Origin: Bugula neritina
Taxonomy: Eukaryota; Animalia; Bryozoa
Assembly (NCBI GenBank): GCA_964035545.1
Contig: OZ037771.1
Span: 14,321,133 to 14,385,132, forward strand
DNA: 64,000 nt
Direction of reading: 5' to 3'
Under the pieces are notes generated by a model. The model saw only the letters and a list, made by a program, of their open reading frames with translations, did no database searches and was not told the DNA's origin. Positions within the stretch are counted from its first letter, which is position 1. Every line of letters begins with the position of its first letter. The translations under genes and the position numbers were made by a program. Below, in pieces: positions 37,001 to 49,151 of the stretch.

Positions 37001-40000
37001 TGAAATATTGTAATATTATCAGCAGCTAGTAATATTGTATATTATAATATTATACGAAATATAATAGAATGTAGTATTACATGAGGGAGAGCATATAACT
37101 GCATCTAGCTATATTGTGTGTTAGGTTGTTTTGGGCAAGCAATGATACACCTCGCAGAATAAAGATGGAAGACATAAAACGAGCTTTTCAGAGTCACTCT
37201 GAATCCAGCATCAGAAAGAGGCTGAAACTGTGCGCTGATTTCAAGAGAACGGGGATGGACAGGTGAGTTAATAGATAGAGTAGACAGGTGAGTTAGTAGA
37301 TAGAATAGACAGGTGAGTTAGTAGATAGAGTAGACAGGTGAGTTAGTAGATAGAATAGACAGGTGAGTTAGTAGATAGAGTAGACAGGTGAGTGAGTAGA
37401 TAGAGTAGACAGGTGAGTGCTATGAAAATCTACAACTTTGCTTACACTGAACTCTTGAAGCTGTATTAAATTGTTATAAATAGACTGAGTTCTTACTTCC
37501 TAGGCATTTTAAACTCTGCCACTCTTCATTTATCCTGTTGTAAAATTTTATAGCCGAACTATTGACATTTTGAATGGGGTAAAATCCAGGTAATAGAGAA
37601 AGATTCTTGCTCAGTTCTGGTGTTGTTTTTCATGTTCATCAAATGTATTATTTTCCTCGTTACTTTATTCAATGTTAACATCACTGAATATAGCTCGTGT
37701 TCCCAGTGCTCCACATAGCCTCTGTTTTTCTGCAGCAACTGGTGGGTGATGAAGTCAGAGTTCCGTCTACCTACTCACGAGGAAATTCGGGCTATGGTCT
37801 CCCCCGAACAATGCTGCCAGTTCTACAGTCTACTCGCTGCCGAGCAGCGTCTCAAGGTATATTCTAATTTGGAGTTGTCTGTCCTATCACTATACTTTGA
37901 TTGCTGCCTCAGAGTTTAATGAAGAGGCTGAGTCAGCAGTGTTACTATAAATAGAAACACAACACAGCTGATTGATTTGTTGCCACAAATTATATCCGTC
38001 AGGTTTTAGTAGAGTTACTTTTGGATTTTAATGCATTGATCTGTACATCATGTTAATATAGTTTCTAAACAGGTGGTTTTAAAGCTCGTCGTTTTCACAA
38101 TATTTGTCTTTAATTTCTGCTGTGTGAAAGTTAGAAATAAAATGTGTCAGTGTAAGTAGATGTAAGTAAAATGTGTCAGTGTAAGTTATTTTTATTGTGA
38201 TAGTCAAAGAAAATGTGTTATTTGGTTGTCAACAAAGTTGTTAGTAATTCTCTTGTAATTTCACTTCCAGGACGCCGGGTACGGGGAGAAGTCCCTCTTT
38301 GCTCCTGAACAAGACGAGGATGATGAGGCTAAGATAGATGACGAGGTTTCTGCTCACCGGTTCCATTTTATTTACCATTTCCTGTTTAATTGTTTCACTT
38401 TAAGCGCTATTAGACTGTGTTCCCAGTACTTTCTTAGTTGTATGTCTTGTGATGAACTCCACTAAGTATATGGTAGCTGCCGGTTTCTCTTCTGTAGATA
38501 AGTTTAGGATTTCATTTAACTTCCTGTTTAGGTAAAAACAGCTCCTTGGAATACGTCGAGAGCTTACATCCAGGCTCTTAAAGGCAAGTGTCTGCTCTCT
38601 TTGACTGGAGATACAGATCCCACAGGCTGTGGCGAGGGGTTTGCTTATGTCAGGGTACCCAATAAACCAATCACTAATAAGGTTTGTAATACAGATTAGC
38701 TAATGAACCAATCACTAATAAGGTTTGTAATACACATTTTCTAATGAACCAATTAAGGTAAAGAGTATTTTGTAATCTGATTTCTGATTGGATAAGGTTA
38801 TTTGCTGCACTGCTAATTCTATATATGGGCTATTGCAGAAAAAATATATTTGAAGGTATATTGTATTGTTGTAATTTGTTTTTGATTTATGTTATACGAT
38901 ATTTTATAATAATATAATATTGCATATACTTATGTAATACATTACTATGCCATATAATGTATAATATAATAGTATATAATATGATATCTAATGTTATATC
39001 ATTACAAGTTTTTAATATTGTTTAATTAATTATAATATGATATCGTAATATAGTAATATATAATATAATGTAGTAATATATAATATAATATAGTAATATA
39101 TAATATAATATAGTAATATATAATATAATGTAGTAATATATAATATAATGTAGTAATATATAATATAATATAGTAATATATAATATAATATAGTAATATA
39201 TAATATAATATAGTAATATATAATATAATATAGTAATATATAATATAATATAGTAACATATAATATAATATAGTAATATATAATATAATATAGTAATATA
39301 TAATATAATATAGTAATATATAATATAATATAGTAATATATAATATAATATAGTAATATATATAATATAGTAATATATAATATAATATAGTAACATATAA
39401 TATAATATAGTAACATATATTACTCAGGCTGACCAGAAAGGAGACACTCCTAAGAAAACAGTCACAGGTACAAATGCAGACTTGAGAAGATTGAATTTAG
39501 CAGACGCCAAGAAACTTCTGCGGGACAAAGGTTTTCCAGAGGCAGAGGTAAGGGACGTACCCTCCCCCACCCCACATCTGATGTTGGTTGCTCAGAAGAT
39601 TCAGAAGCTATACTATTTACACATCAGTGCAAAAGACCAAATTATATTAGACTATTTATTTTAAACATTAGTGCTGTAACCTGCTGTCAAAGTATTATAA
39701 TGTAACTAGCACCAGCAAGTATAAATGTATTTTAATAGGTTTTTATTTATAATTTTTTACAAAATCGACATTTTTCAATGTATAGCACTCATTTGCATTA
39801 GTTTTTCAAGTACTATTATTCTCAAGTCATTTAGAAATCACAATATCACAGGCTAATATGTACTGTATAGTCAATGTGTAACCTGGTTTCTAGATAAAGA
39901 AGTTGTCAAGATGGGAGGTGATAGACTGTGTCCGTACAATGTCCACCAGAGAAGCTAAGGCGGGAGAAGAAGGAGGAATGACTAAGTTTGCTAGAGGTGT

Positions 40001-43000
40001 GTGTAGTCTTAGGGTTATTTATTAGTTATCACCACTATGGGGTGGTGTGTACACTGCCTCGATAGTTTAATGTCAACATAGCCATAGGGTGTGGTAAGAA
40101 ATCACTCAAGTTGATATTCATTTCTTCTACGTCTTGCACGTGTGTTGTATATGAGTAGGTATTGTGGTGCATTATATTGTATTGTATTGCAGTGAACTGC
40201 ATTGAACTACATTGTGTTATATTGTATTGTATTGTATTGTATTGCATTGTATTGTATTGCATTGTATTGTATTATATTGCACTATACAGTACTGCACTGT
40301 ATTGCACTGTATTGCACTGTATTGTACTGCACTGTACTGTACTGCACTGTATGACCACAGGTAACAGACAGAGTGTGGCCGAGCACCAAGAGAGGTACAG
40401 GGAGGAGTGTCAGCGACTCTTTGACCTCCAGAACAAGATTCTGGGTTCATCTGAGATCCTCTCCACCGACGAGGAGGGGTCTGACAGCGGCAGCGAGGAC
40501 TCCGACTATGACGAGATGGGAAAGAACATTGAGAGCATGCTCACCAATAAGAAGAGCAACAGTCAGGTCTGTCTTAGTACTGACCAATAGCTGTGCGGTT
40601 CAGTGGCTACCGGCCAATGGGCTTTCAGCTTAGTAGTCAATAGAAGCATCTGCTCATCGACAGGCTTCAAGTGCCATCAGCCAATAGCAACCGAGGTTAA
40701 TCGAATGTTAGCCAGTAGCAGTTTAGTTGTCTAGCTAATAGGAGCTGTTCTTGAGTTGGGGATGATCTCCATGGTCTATTGTTCATCTCATGCTAGTTCT
40801 ATTGATTTGAAGAGTTTGCCTGACGTCATTAATTATATATAGTAATCCTCAATTAAGTTTTAATCAAAGAAGACTTTCACATACTATAATGACCTCCTAA
40901 CAACCGTTTCAGCTGTCGAAGGAGCGCGAGGAGGCGGAGTTAAAGCAGCTGCAGAAGTCACTGATGGATCCGAAAGGTAAAGACAAGCTGACCGAGTCAG
41001 CATCTAGTCAGGAGCTGAACGCTGACGGCAAACCTCTGGTACGCAAACTCAAGATCACCAGAGTGTTCAGAGGTGATAACGGAGGTAAGACTAGGTATTC
41101 TGGGTAGTCTGCTGCAGTTCTCCTGTACGTCACACGGTACTGTGAGAGTAACTACTTGTATTCGTAACATCCAGGCATTTCTCTTGATGAGTTTAATGTT
41201 ACTACTTCTATATCTACATGAATCATCATCTTTAATCATAGTTTTTAATCATTTTATTTATATTTTGTATTGTTATGCAATGAATAATTTATAATATATT
41301 TTATGCAGCGTATGATTGTATATAATATTACAGCGCTTATAGCCTTATACTGTTACATTCTGAAGAATGTAATATTGGAATTACTAAGCTACACTCACAC
41401 AGAGTCTATATACTTACCTTATATACTTCATATAACTTGAAATACTTACCATGACCTACTTAGCTATACTCACACTTAGTTTATATACTTACCTTGACCT
41501 CATATACTTCATATAAATACTTACCATGACTTACTGTTACAGAGAAATACTTACCATGACTTACTGTTACAGAGAAATACTTACCATGACTTACTGTTAC
41601 AGAGAAATACTTACCATGACTTACTGTTACAGAGAAATACTCCCGGAGTGAAATAGTCACCAAACCGATGGTCATAGAGGCCTACCTCAAGATCAGACGT
41701 ACTCAGACTGACGAGTTTATGTAAGTCTCATCATGACTAGTTCATGTAAGTCTCATCATGACTAGTTTATGTAAGTCTCAGCATGACTAGTTTAGGTAAG
41801 TCTCAGCATGACTAGTTTAATGTATGTTACATCATGTCCTTTGAGTCTCTGTATTGCAAGCTGGTGTAACTTTTCAGGTATATCTTCAGGTTGACAAGCG
41901 TCATTACTCTACAGCTTTAATCAATCTGCTGGGCATATGGCTTTCCATATGTCACTAGAACTGTGTTTGAAAAAATATTTTGTTTTGGCAGAAACATTGT
42001 TTTGATAGGTTTGCCTTTGTTACACCCCAGTTGCTATGTTTGCTGTTGTAGCACCTCATTCGCCAGCATGGATGAAGTGCAGAAGGAGGAGATGAAGAGA
42101 GAGCGGAGGCGTCTGCAGGAACAGCTGCGCAGGATCAAGAGAAACGAGGAGAAGCTGAACCAGACGCCGTCACAGGGTGCCTCCGGCTCACCGCCAAAGA
42201 AGAAGAAGAAAGAGAATGCTAAGGATATTAAGGTAGTCTGACTGGTGGTGTGTGAGTCAGGATTTGTGTGATTGTAATATGCTTGTTGTATTATGAAGAA
42301 CTCAATTTATGTTCCAACATAACACGCTCTGTCTCAAACTCATGTTTTGAAACACTAAAAAGTTTTTTACCTCAAAAAGAAAGAATTATTCCATGCAGCT
42401 TTGAAACTTATATTTATTGTGCCACCCTTAATTCTTTAAGTATGTTATGATGCTTGGTGAGAGGTTGGATGTGTTTTATTATTTTATTACTGGAATTAGC
42501 ACTTGATGTGTTGAACTCAAACTATTAGTTACCTCTTCAACAATAAAGATGATGGAAACCCATCACCATTGTGTTGCAGTTTTTGAATTAACCAATCAAC
42601 ATTCTTTTTTAGTTTTAGATTGACCAATCACCATTGTGTTGCAGTTTTAAATGGACCAATCACCATTGTGAAAGAGTATTAAATTAAACAATCACCATTG
42701 TGTTACAGCTGAAATGCGGGGCATGCCAGCAGGTTGGCCACATGAGGACAAACAAAGAATGTCCGTTGTGGTCTGGTAAGATGGCCGCCGGAGTAACTGG
42801 TGGCGTCGCAGGTAATCTGCCGTCTGTCAACGTCGCTCTCACCATGGAGGAGGAAGAAGACGCCGAAAAAGAGGCTCTACCTGCGGATGAGAATCTCGTG
42901 CATGTTGAAGGTCCGTGTCCAATATTTAGTTGTATTGTCTGATCAAATGATTGTTTATATGTAACCTAGCAACCAGCTGTGTATATGTAACCTAGCAACC

Positions 43001-46000
43001 AGCTGTGTATATATAACCTAGCAACCAACTGTGTATATGTAACCTAGCAACCAGCTGTGTATATGTAACCTAGCAACCAACTGTGTATATGTAACCTAGC
43101 AACCAGCTGTTTATAAGTAACCTAGCAACAAACTGTGTATATGTAACCTAGCGACCAGTTTATAAGTAACCTAGCAACCAACTGTGTATCTAACAGGCAC
43201 TAAGGTGGTTCTCTCCAAGCAGCTACTGGAACATGCAGATAAAGTGAAGAAACAGACACTGACTCTGAAATTTCCCAAGAAGTTCCCTAAGAAAGAGAAA
43301 GAAGTTAAAAGAAACCTGAAATCTAAACGCAAATCTTCCAATGCATTGCATTGTGATTACCTGACTGTATGTTTACCTGTTTATCCTCTATTTGGCTATA
43401 TATTATATACTATATTATACTATGCTACGCTATATACTATACTATACTATACTATATACTACACTATATATTATACTATAAACTATACTATACTATATAC
43501 TATACTATATACTATACTATATACTATACTATATACTATACTATATACTATGCTATACTATACTATATACTATACTATATACTATATACTATACTATATA
43601 CTATACTATATATACTATACTATATACTATGCTATACTATACTATGTACTATACTATATACTATACTATATACTATATACTATACTATATACTATATACT
43701 ATACTATGTACTATGCTATACTATACTATATACTACACTATACTATGTACTATGCTATACTATACTATATACTACACTATATATTATATTATATTATTTA
43801 CTTGTAGAGACCCAACAAAGTGGCTCACAGACGTAGAGCTGATCCATCTGTCAGCATATGCACTATATTTGAACATATCATCAGTGAGATGAGAGAAATA
43901 CCAAACGTATGTATCCTTTGAAGTGATTATCAGCTAATATCAGGTGAAAGGGTTGACGTTGGAATTACTTAATTTCACACACGCTGAATATTTTCTATTT
44001 GCCAATACATCTCTTCTTTGCCTTGAATAAAGGAAGTGTTGGGGAACTCTCAGTAGCCATAATATAGGCCAAATATCTTCTAGTAACATTAGTTTGTTTC
44101 TATCCCCAACCATATTTGATTTGGCAATGTAACAAGGACGTTGTGTTTCATTGTTACAGAACCACCTTATGACCTTTTTCCTATGCTTATTTGTAATCAT
44201 CATATAACACACCACCAAATGTTATATTTTCATAGATTTTTCAACAAATTTTAAGTTTTGGTCTAAATTTGCCAGTGTGCTAAGTAAAGTAAACTAACCC
44301 AACTTCAATTAACACACATATTGTGTCACAATGTGTTAGTAAAGTTCCCTTAGACTAAGCTCCACTTGCTGTTTCAGTCGCAGCCGTTTCACGTACCGGT
44401 TAACGCTAGAGACGTACCGGATTACTTCCGTATTGTGACTCACCCGATGGACTTGCAGACGTTACGTGAGAACGTGCGAAACAGGAAGTACGAGAATCGG
44501 CAGCAGTTTATGTCTGACGTGCACCAGATGTACGCCAACAGCAAACTCTACAACGGTCTGAAGAATATCTACACGCTGACTGCTGAGAAGATGCTGGAAC
44601 TCACACTACAGAGGTTTGCAGAGGTGAGGGTGGTGGCTAGGGAGTTCGTAAATTGGTGTTGGAGTTCTCGAGCTAAAGTTTCAGTGTTGAATCGTATAGA
44701 TGATGTCACATAGTCACAGGAATTGTTTTACCTTGGACCGAGTTTGTAGGATGTTGTTAGCCTGTAGTCTATGAAACTTAGCCCGTATTCTTCAGAAAGA
44801 AGATAAATTGATGAGGTTGGAGAAAGCGATAAACCCACTGCTGGATGATAATGATATCGTGGCGTTCTCCTACGTCCTCGAGAATATTATCGTGAACCGT
44901 CTAAAGACTATCGATAAAGTACGGTCTTTGCCTCCACATGATAATATACCAGCATATAGTATAGAGTAGTATAGTATATAGTATAGTATATTATAGTATA
45001 TAGTATAGTATATAGTATATAGTATAGTATAGTATATAGTATAGTATATAGTATAGTATATAGTATAGTATAGTATAGTATATAGTATAGTATATAGTAT
45101 AGTATATAGTATATAGTATAGTATAGTATATAGTATAGTATATAGTATAGTATATAGTATAGTATATAGTATAGTATATAGTATAGTATAGTATAGTATA
45201 TAGTATAGTATATAGTATAGTATATAGTATATAGTATAGTATAGTATATAGTATAGTATATAGTATAGTATAGTATAGTATATAGTATAGTATATAGTAT
45301 AGTATATAGTATATAGTATAGTATAGTATATAGTATAGTATATAGTATAGTATATAGTATAGTATATAGCATAGTATATTATAGTATATAGTATAGTATA
45401 TAGTATAGTATATAGTATATAGTATAGTATATAGTATAGTATATAGTATAGACTGAGTTCTATAACCTGCAGTTTGTAATAATTTTAGGTCTCGATATTC
45501 ACCGTCCCTGTAAATACTAAGAAGCTGAAAGACTATGCACAACTCATATCTCATCCAATGGATTTACAGACTTTGCTAGATAACGTGAAGAAACATAAGG
45601 TTGCTGCTACTACACCACACCCTAATCTTTCATAGTTTTACTGTTACATCACCACACCCTAATCTTTCATAGTTTTACTGTTACATCACCACACCCTACT
45701 CTTTCATAGTTTTACTGTTACATCACCACACCTTAATCTTTCATAGTTATACTGTTACATCACCACACCTTAATCTTTCATAGTTATGCTGTTACATCAC
45801 CACACCTTAATCTTTCATAGTTATACTGTTACATCACCACACCTTAATCTTTCATAGTTATGCTGTTACATCACCACACCCTACTCTTTCATAGTTTTAC
45901 TGTTACAACTATAGCTTGTAGTCTTATAAAAATACTATTGAAATACTACTCCTATACACCTTAACATGAATATACTGTTATGGTGCACTTTTTTCTCTCA

Positions 46001-49000
46001 TACGGTGACTATTGCAAAGCCACACTGTTTGCTTACTCAGAGTTGCTGTTGCAGTACCACAACCGAGATGAGTTCCTCGCAGACGTCGAGCTCATTTACA
46101 CAAACTGCTCGCGATACAACGGGGCCGACAGTCTCTACACTAAGACCGCACTGAAGATATTCACGACGGCCAAGGCTTGTGTTGAAGAGAACGATGACCA
46201 GATGAAAGAGTGGGAGGCGGGAATTAAAGCTAAGCAGGTATTCTACCACCAGATGTCTCCTTACTTCTACAATTCTCTGGTTGACAAATACCAGTTGGGT
46301 TTGCTGAAATATTGCTGTTTTATTGCCAAAGAATTTTGTACAGTGTCTATGCTATTAGCTCTTACATTCCCTAGCCCGTCTGCTAAGTGCTGGTAAACGA
46401 ATGCATATCATAGTCCTACGAGTTTACCATCAAAATGATGTTTTTCAAAGTTTAGAGTTATTTTGTCATAATAGGGGTTTCTATTATTTACGAATGTAGT
46501 CACAAATTTAATTTTTGAGTTTGTACTTCTACTTAGAAATACAATTTTTTTATTTTACTTGCTGCTCACTACACTTAAAGTTTTCCTATCATATTGCACC
46601 TAATACTAGCTATACTTAGAGTTATCCTACCATACTGTACCTAATACTAGCTATACTTTGAGTTTTCCTGCCATATTGTACCTAATACTAGCTATACTCA
46701 GAGTTATTTTACCATACTGTACCTAATACTAGCTATACTTTGAGTTACCCTACCATACTGTACCTAATACTAGCTATACTTTGAGTTATTTTACCATATT
46801 GCACCTAATACTAGCTATACTTAGAGTTTTCCTACCATACTGTACCTAATACTAGCTATACTTTGAGTTATTTTACCATATTGTACCTAATACTAGCTAT
46901 ACTTAGAGTTTTCCTACCATACTGTACCTAATACTAGCTATACTTTGAGTTATTTTACCATACTGTACCTAATACTAGCTATACTTTGAGTTTTCCTGCC
47001 ATATTGTACCTAATACTAGCTATACTCAGAGTTATTTTACCATACTGTACCTAATACTAGCTATACTTTGAGTTACCCTACCATACTGTACCTAATACTA
47101 GCTATACTTAGAGTTATCCTACCATACTGTACCTAATACTAGCTATACTTAGAGTTATTTTACCATATTGTACCTAATACTAGCTATACTTAGAGTTTTC
47201 CTACCATACTGTACCTAATACTAGCTATACTTTGAGTTATTTTACCATATTGTACCTAATACTAGCTATACTTAGAGTTTTCCTACCATACTGTACCTAA
47301 TACTAGCTATACTCAGAGTTATTTTACCATACTGTACCTAATACTAGCTATACTTTGAGTTACCCTACCATACTGTACCTAATACTAGCTATACTTAGAG
47401 TTATCCTACCATACTGTACCTAATACTAGCTATACTTAGAGTTATTTTACCATATTGTACCTAATACTAGCTATACTTAGAGTTTTCCTACCATACTGTA
47501 CCTAATACTAGCTATACTTTGAGTTATTTTACCATATTGTACCTAATACTAGCTATACTTAGAGTTTTCCTACCATACTGTACCTAATACTAGCTATACT
47601 TTGAGTTATTTTACCATATTGTACCTAATACTAGCTATACTTAGAGTTTTCCTACCATACTGTACCTAATACTAGCTATACTTTGAGTTATTTTACCATA
47701 TTGCACCTAATACTAGCTATACTTAGAGTTTTCCTATCATACTGTACCTAATACTAGCTATACTTTGAGTTATTTTACCATATTGCACCTAATACTAGCT
47801 ATACTTTGAGTTATCCTACCATGCTGTACCTGATGAGTGTTCTATTTGCTAAACCAGGAAGCTGCTATGGAAGGCCTCGAGTCTGAAAGTGTGGTAACAG
47901 GAACCAGTATCCATGACGACATGAGTAACATAGACGAGGAAACGCGGACCGGTGATTACACCATTGTGGAAGACGGAACCACGAATATGTTGGACTCGTC
48001 TGCTGGAGCCAGCGCTCAATCCCAACCAGCCATGGAGGAAAATGTGAGAAAACTTCTCTTTGCAATTTATTCGTGGCTTCAACTGTACCTTATTTTCATT
48101 CACAGATATCATTCTCAAAATTTTCATGTGTCAAAATATTGTCTATCAAGTACATTGCTTCTCACATTTCTGCAACTACTTGTTTGGATCAGTTATATTT
48201 AGAATTATTCGTAAAAGCTAAAAACTTGTACTGTCTCACTCTGATTCATAAGCATTGAGTTTGGTTGGTTCAATACTTCTGTTGTAATCTCTCATTGGTC
48301 TATTGTCATGAAGTGATCGTTCTGTATTGTCCAATTAGAACTACTTTGAGAATGCCAAGTGGTACAGGGTAGTACAGAGTAGTATAGAAAGTATGTTGTG
48401 TTGCTAATATTTGTTAGGCTGAAGAGCCCAGCTTCGTGGAGGTATTGGACGACTCCATCACTGTGCCTATGGATACAGACATTACCGGAGAGATCAGTGA
48501 GGGCGTGGTCTACGATCAGAGCTACTATACTAAGTCTACACTAGATGACGATCTAGAACTCAGTGGAGATGAGCGTACGTATATATGCACTGATGTGTTC
48601 CTATTTCCTATTGGATAAAATGTGCAGCTTGTATTCAAAGGACTTGCGGCAATAGCCAATAAAAAACTTCACGTTACGATTTATTGTCAGAGTTTTATTT
48701 TACTTTCGGTGTTTGGAACTTAGTTGTTGTTGACTTCTCATTTATCATTGATCTCTAATCAACTGACCGACTTGACGTTGTAGAGGAAGGAGCGACTGCT
48801 ATGAGTATTTATAAGCCGGAGATTGCAGCCGACGAAGACAGTCAGATGAGTTTCAATGCCGAGCAGTTTTTTCAAGCAAACTTTCAGACTACGGGCGAGA
48901 TTCCTGGAGAGGAGCCGGCCGTGGAGGGGGAGGGGGTGATGCGCCCCATCACAGATGTTATTAACAATGATCTGCAGCTATCTGAATCAGATGAGGACGA

Positions 49001-49064
49001 GGAGTTGGGTGACCAGCCCGGCGAAGGCGTCGGATTTGATTTTGACGATTTTGAAGATGTGTAA
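28053..49064 (+). CDS. TAF1: Transcription initiation factor TFIID subunit 1; 35 exons
   Basis: Exons: 28053-28098, 28227-28423 (TAND, GFLFGNI), 28907-29155, 29252-29431, 29747-29871 (WRYGPA), 30255-30333, 30591-30723, 31228-31370, 31786-31923, 32475-32571, 34665-34790 ([11 protein letters not shown]), 35028-35210, 35498-35676 (EYSEEYPP), 35931-36074, 36614-36789, 37125-37262, 37736-37856, 38271-38345, 38532-38681 (DPTGCGEGF), 39428-39547, 39894-39996, 40361-40566, 40913-41084, 41633-41720, 42052-42232, 42709-42910 (Zn knuckle [16 protein letters not shown]), 43197-43366, 43808-43906, 44378-44623 (bromodomain 1), 44796-44918, 45489-45599, 46055-46237 (bromodomain 2), 47858-48043, 48418-48574, 48784-49064 (acidic tail, TAA). 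Confidence 0.96.
29460..29732. repeat. (GTA/GCA)n tract switching to the complementary (CTA/CTC)n tract at about 29655
   Basis: Direct inspection; TAF1 intron 4. Confidence 0.9.
30118..30250. repeat. 21-bp repeat x6 (tgtttgtcttactcagtactg) abutting TAF1 acceptor 30254
   Basis: Direct inspection. Confidence 0.95.
30721..30901 (+). repeat. 13-bp repeat x about 13 of the TAF1 exon-7 donor (agt|gtaagt atat)
   Basis: The first copy is the real donor at 30724. Confidence 0.9.
32640..34607. repeat. 24-bp satellite x about 82 (attggtatgctaaagagagagtat) filling TAF1 intron 10
   Basis: Highly homogeneous; source of the MLKREYIG and YTLSLAYQ ORFs. Confidence 0.98.
35686..35905. repeat. 30-bp x3 (tttctattggctactgctttgttatatata) plus an AT-rich about 21-bp repeat
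   Basis: Direct inspection. Confidence 0.85.
37258..37418 (+). repeat. 25-bp repeat x7 of the TAF1 exon-16 donor (gacag|gtgagt)
   Basis: gacaggtgagt at 37258, 37283, 37308, 37333, 37358, 37383 and 37408. Confidence 0.97.
38661..38760 (+). repeat. 41-bp x about 2.4 duplication of the TAF1 exon-19 end plus donor
   Basis: aaccaatcactaataag|gtttgtaataca occurs twice, with a decayed third copy. Confidence 0.9.
39030..39420. repeat. 20-bp AT minisatellite (taatataatatagtaatata) abutting acceptor 39427
   Basis: Direct inspection. Confidence 0.95.
40175..40350. repeat. (ATTGT/ACTGC)n pentamer tract abutting acceptor 40360
   Basis: Direct inspection. Confidence 0.9.
41513..41640 (+). repeat. 30-bp perfect repeat x4 containing the TAF1 exon-24 acceptor plus 8 exon nt
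   Basis: ttaccatgacttactgttacag|agaaatac x4; the last AG (41632) is the in-frame one. Confidence 0.97.
41714..41820 (+). repeat. 25-bp repeat x4 of the TAF1 exon-24 donor (agtttat|gtaagtctcatcatgact)
   Basis: The first copy is the real donor at 41721. Confidence 0.93.
42558..42708 (+). repeat. About 32-bp degenerate repeat x5 (accaatcaccattgtgttgcag) whose last copy is acceptor 42708
   Basis: Direct inspection. Confidence 0.85.
42955..43196. repeat. 26-bp repeat x about 9 (gtaacctagcaaccagctgtgtatat) running into acceptor 43196
   Basis: Direct inspection. Confidence 0.92.
43400..43785. repeat. (TATAC)n microsatellite
   Basis: Direct inspection. Confidence 0.95.
44953..45450. repeat. (GTATA)n microsatellite (reverse complement of 43400-43785)
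   Basis: Direct inspection. Confidence 0.95.
45600..45908. repeat. 37-bp repeat x about 8 (ctgttacatcaccacaccttaatctttcatagttata) starting at donor 45600
   Basis: Direct inspection. Confidence 0.93.
46570..47830. repeat. 41-bp satellite x about 30, with alternating variants forming 82-bp dimers in part
   Basis: Unit actgtacctaatactagctatactttgagttattttaccat; the variants ttagagttttcc and tttgagttattt alternate. Confidence 0.95.
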
Positions 49065-49145
49065 ATTTGTATATAAGTTACATTTTGGTTGAAGCAAAAT
49101 GTTATATTTGTAATTATTATATTATGGGATGAGTTCTTGTAGTTT

Positions 49146-49151
49146 AATAAA
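49146..49151 (+). promoter_or_regulatory. Candidate TAF1 polyadenylation signal
   Basis: AATAAA 82 nt after the stop codon. Confidence 0.45.

Noticed and set aside
39022-45554. Tyr/Ile/Leu-rich ORFs at 39022-39416, 43369-43892 and 44908-45554
   Set aside because: Microsatellite translations.
46570-47830. Regular 24-47 bp arrays as CRISPR-like loci
   Set aside because: Head-to-tail repeats with no unique spacers and no cas genes, in a eukaryotic intronic context.
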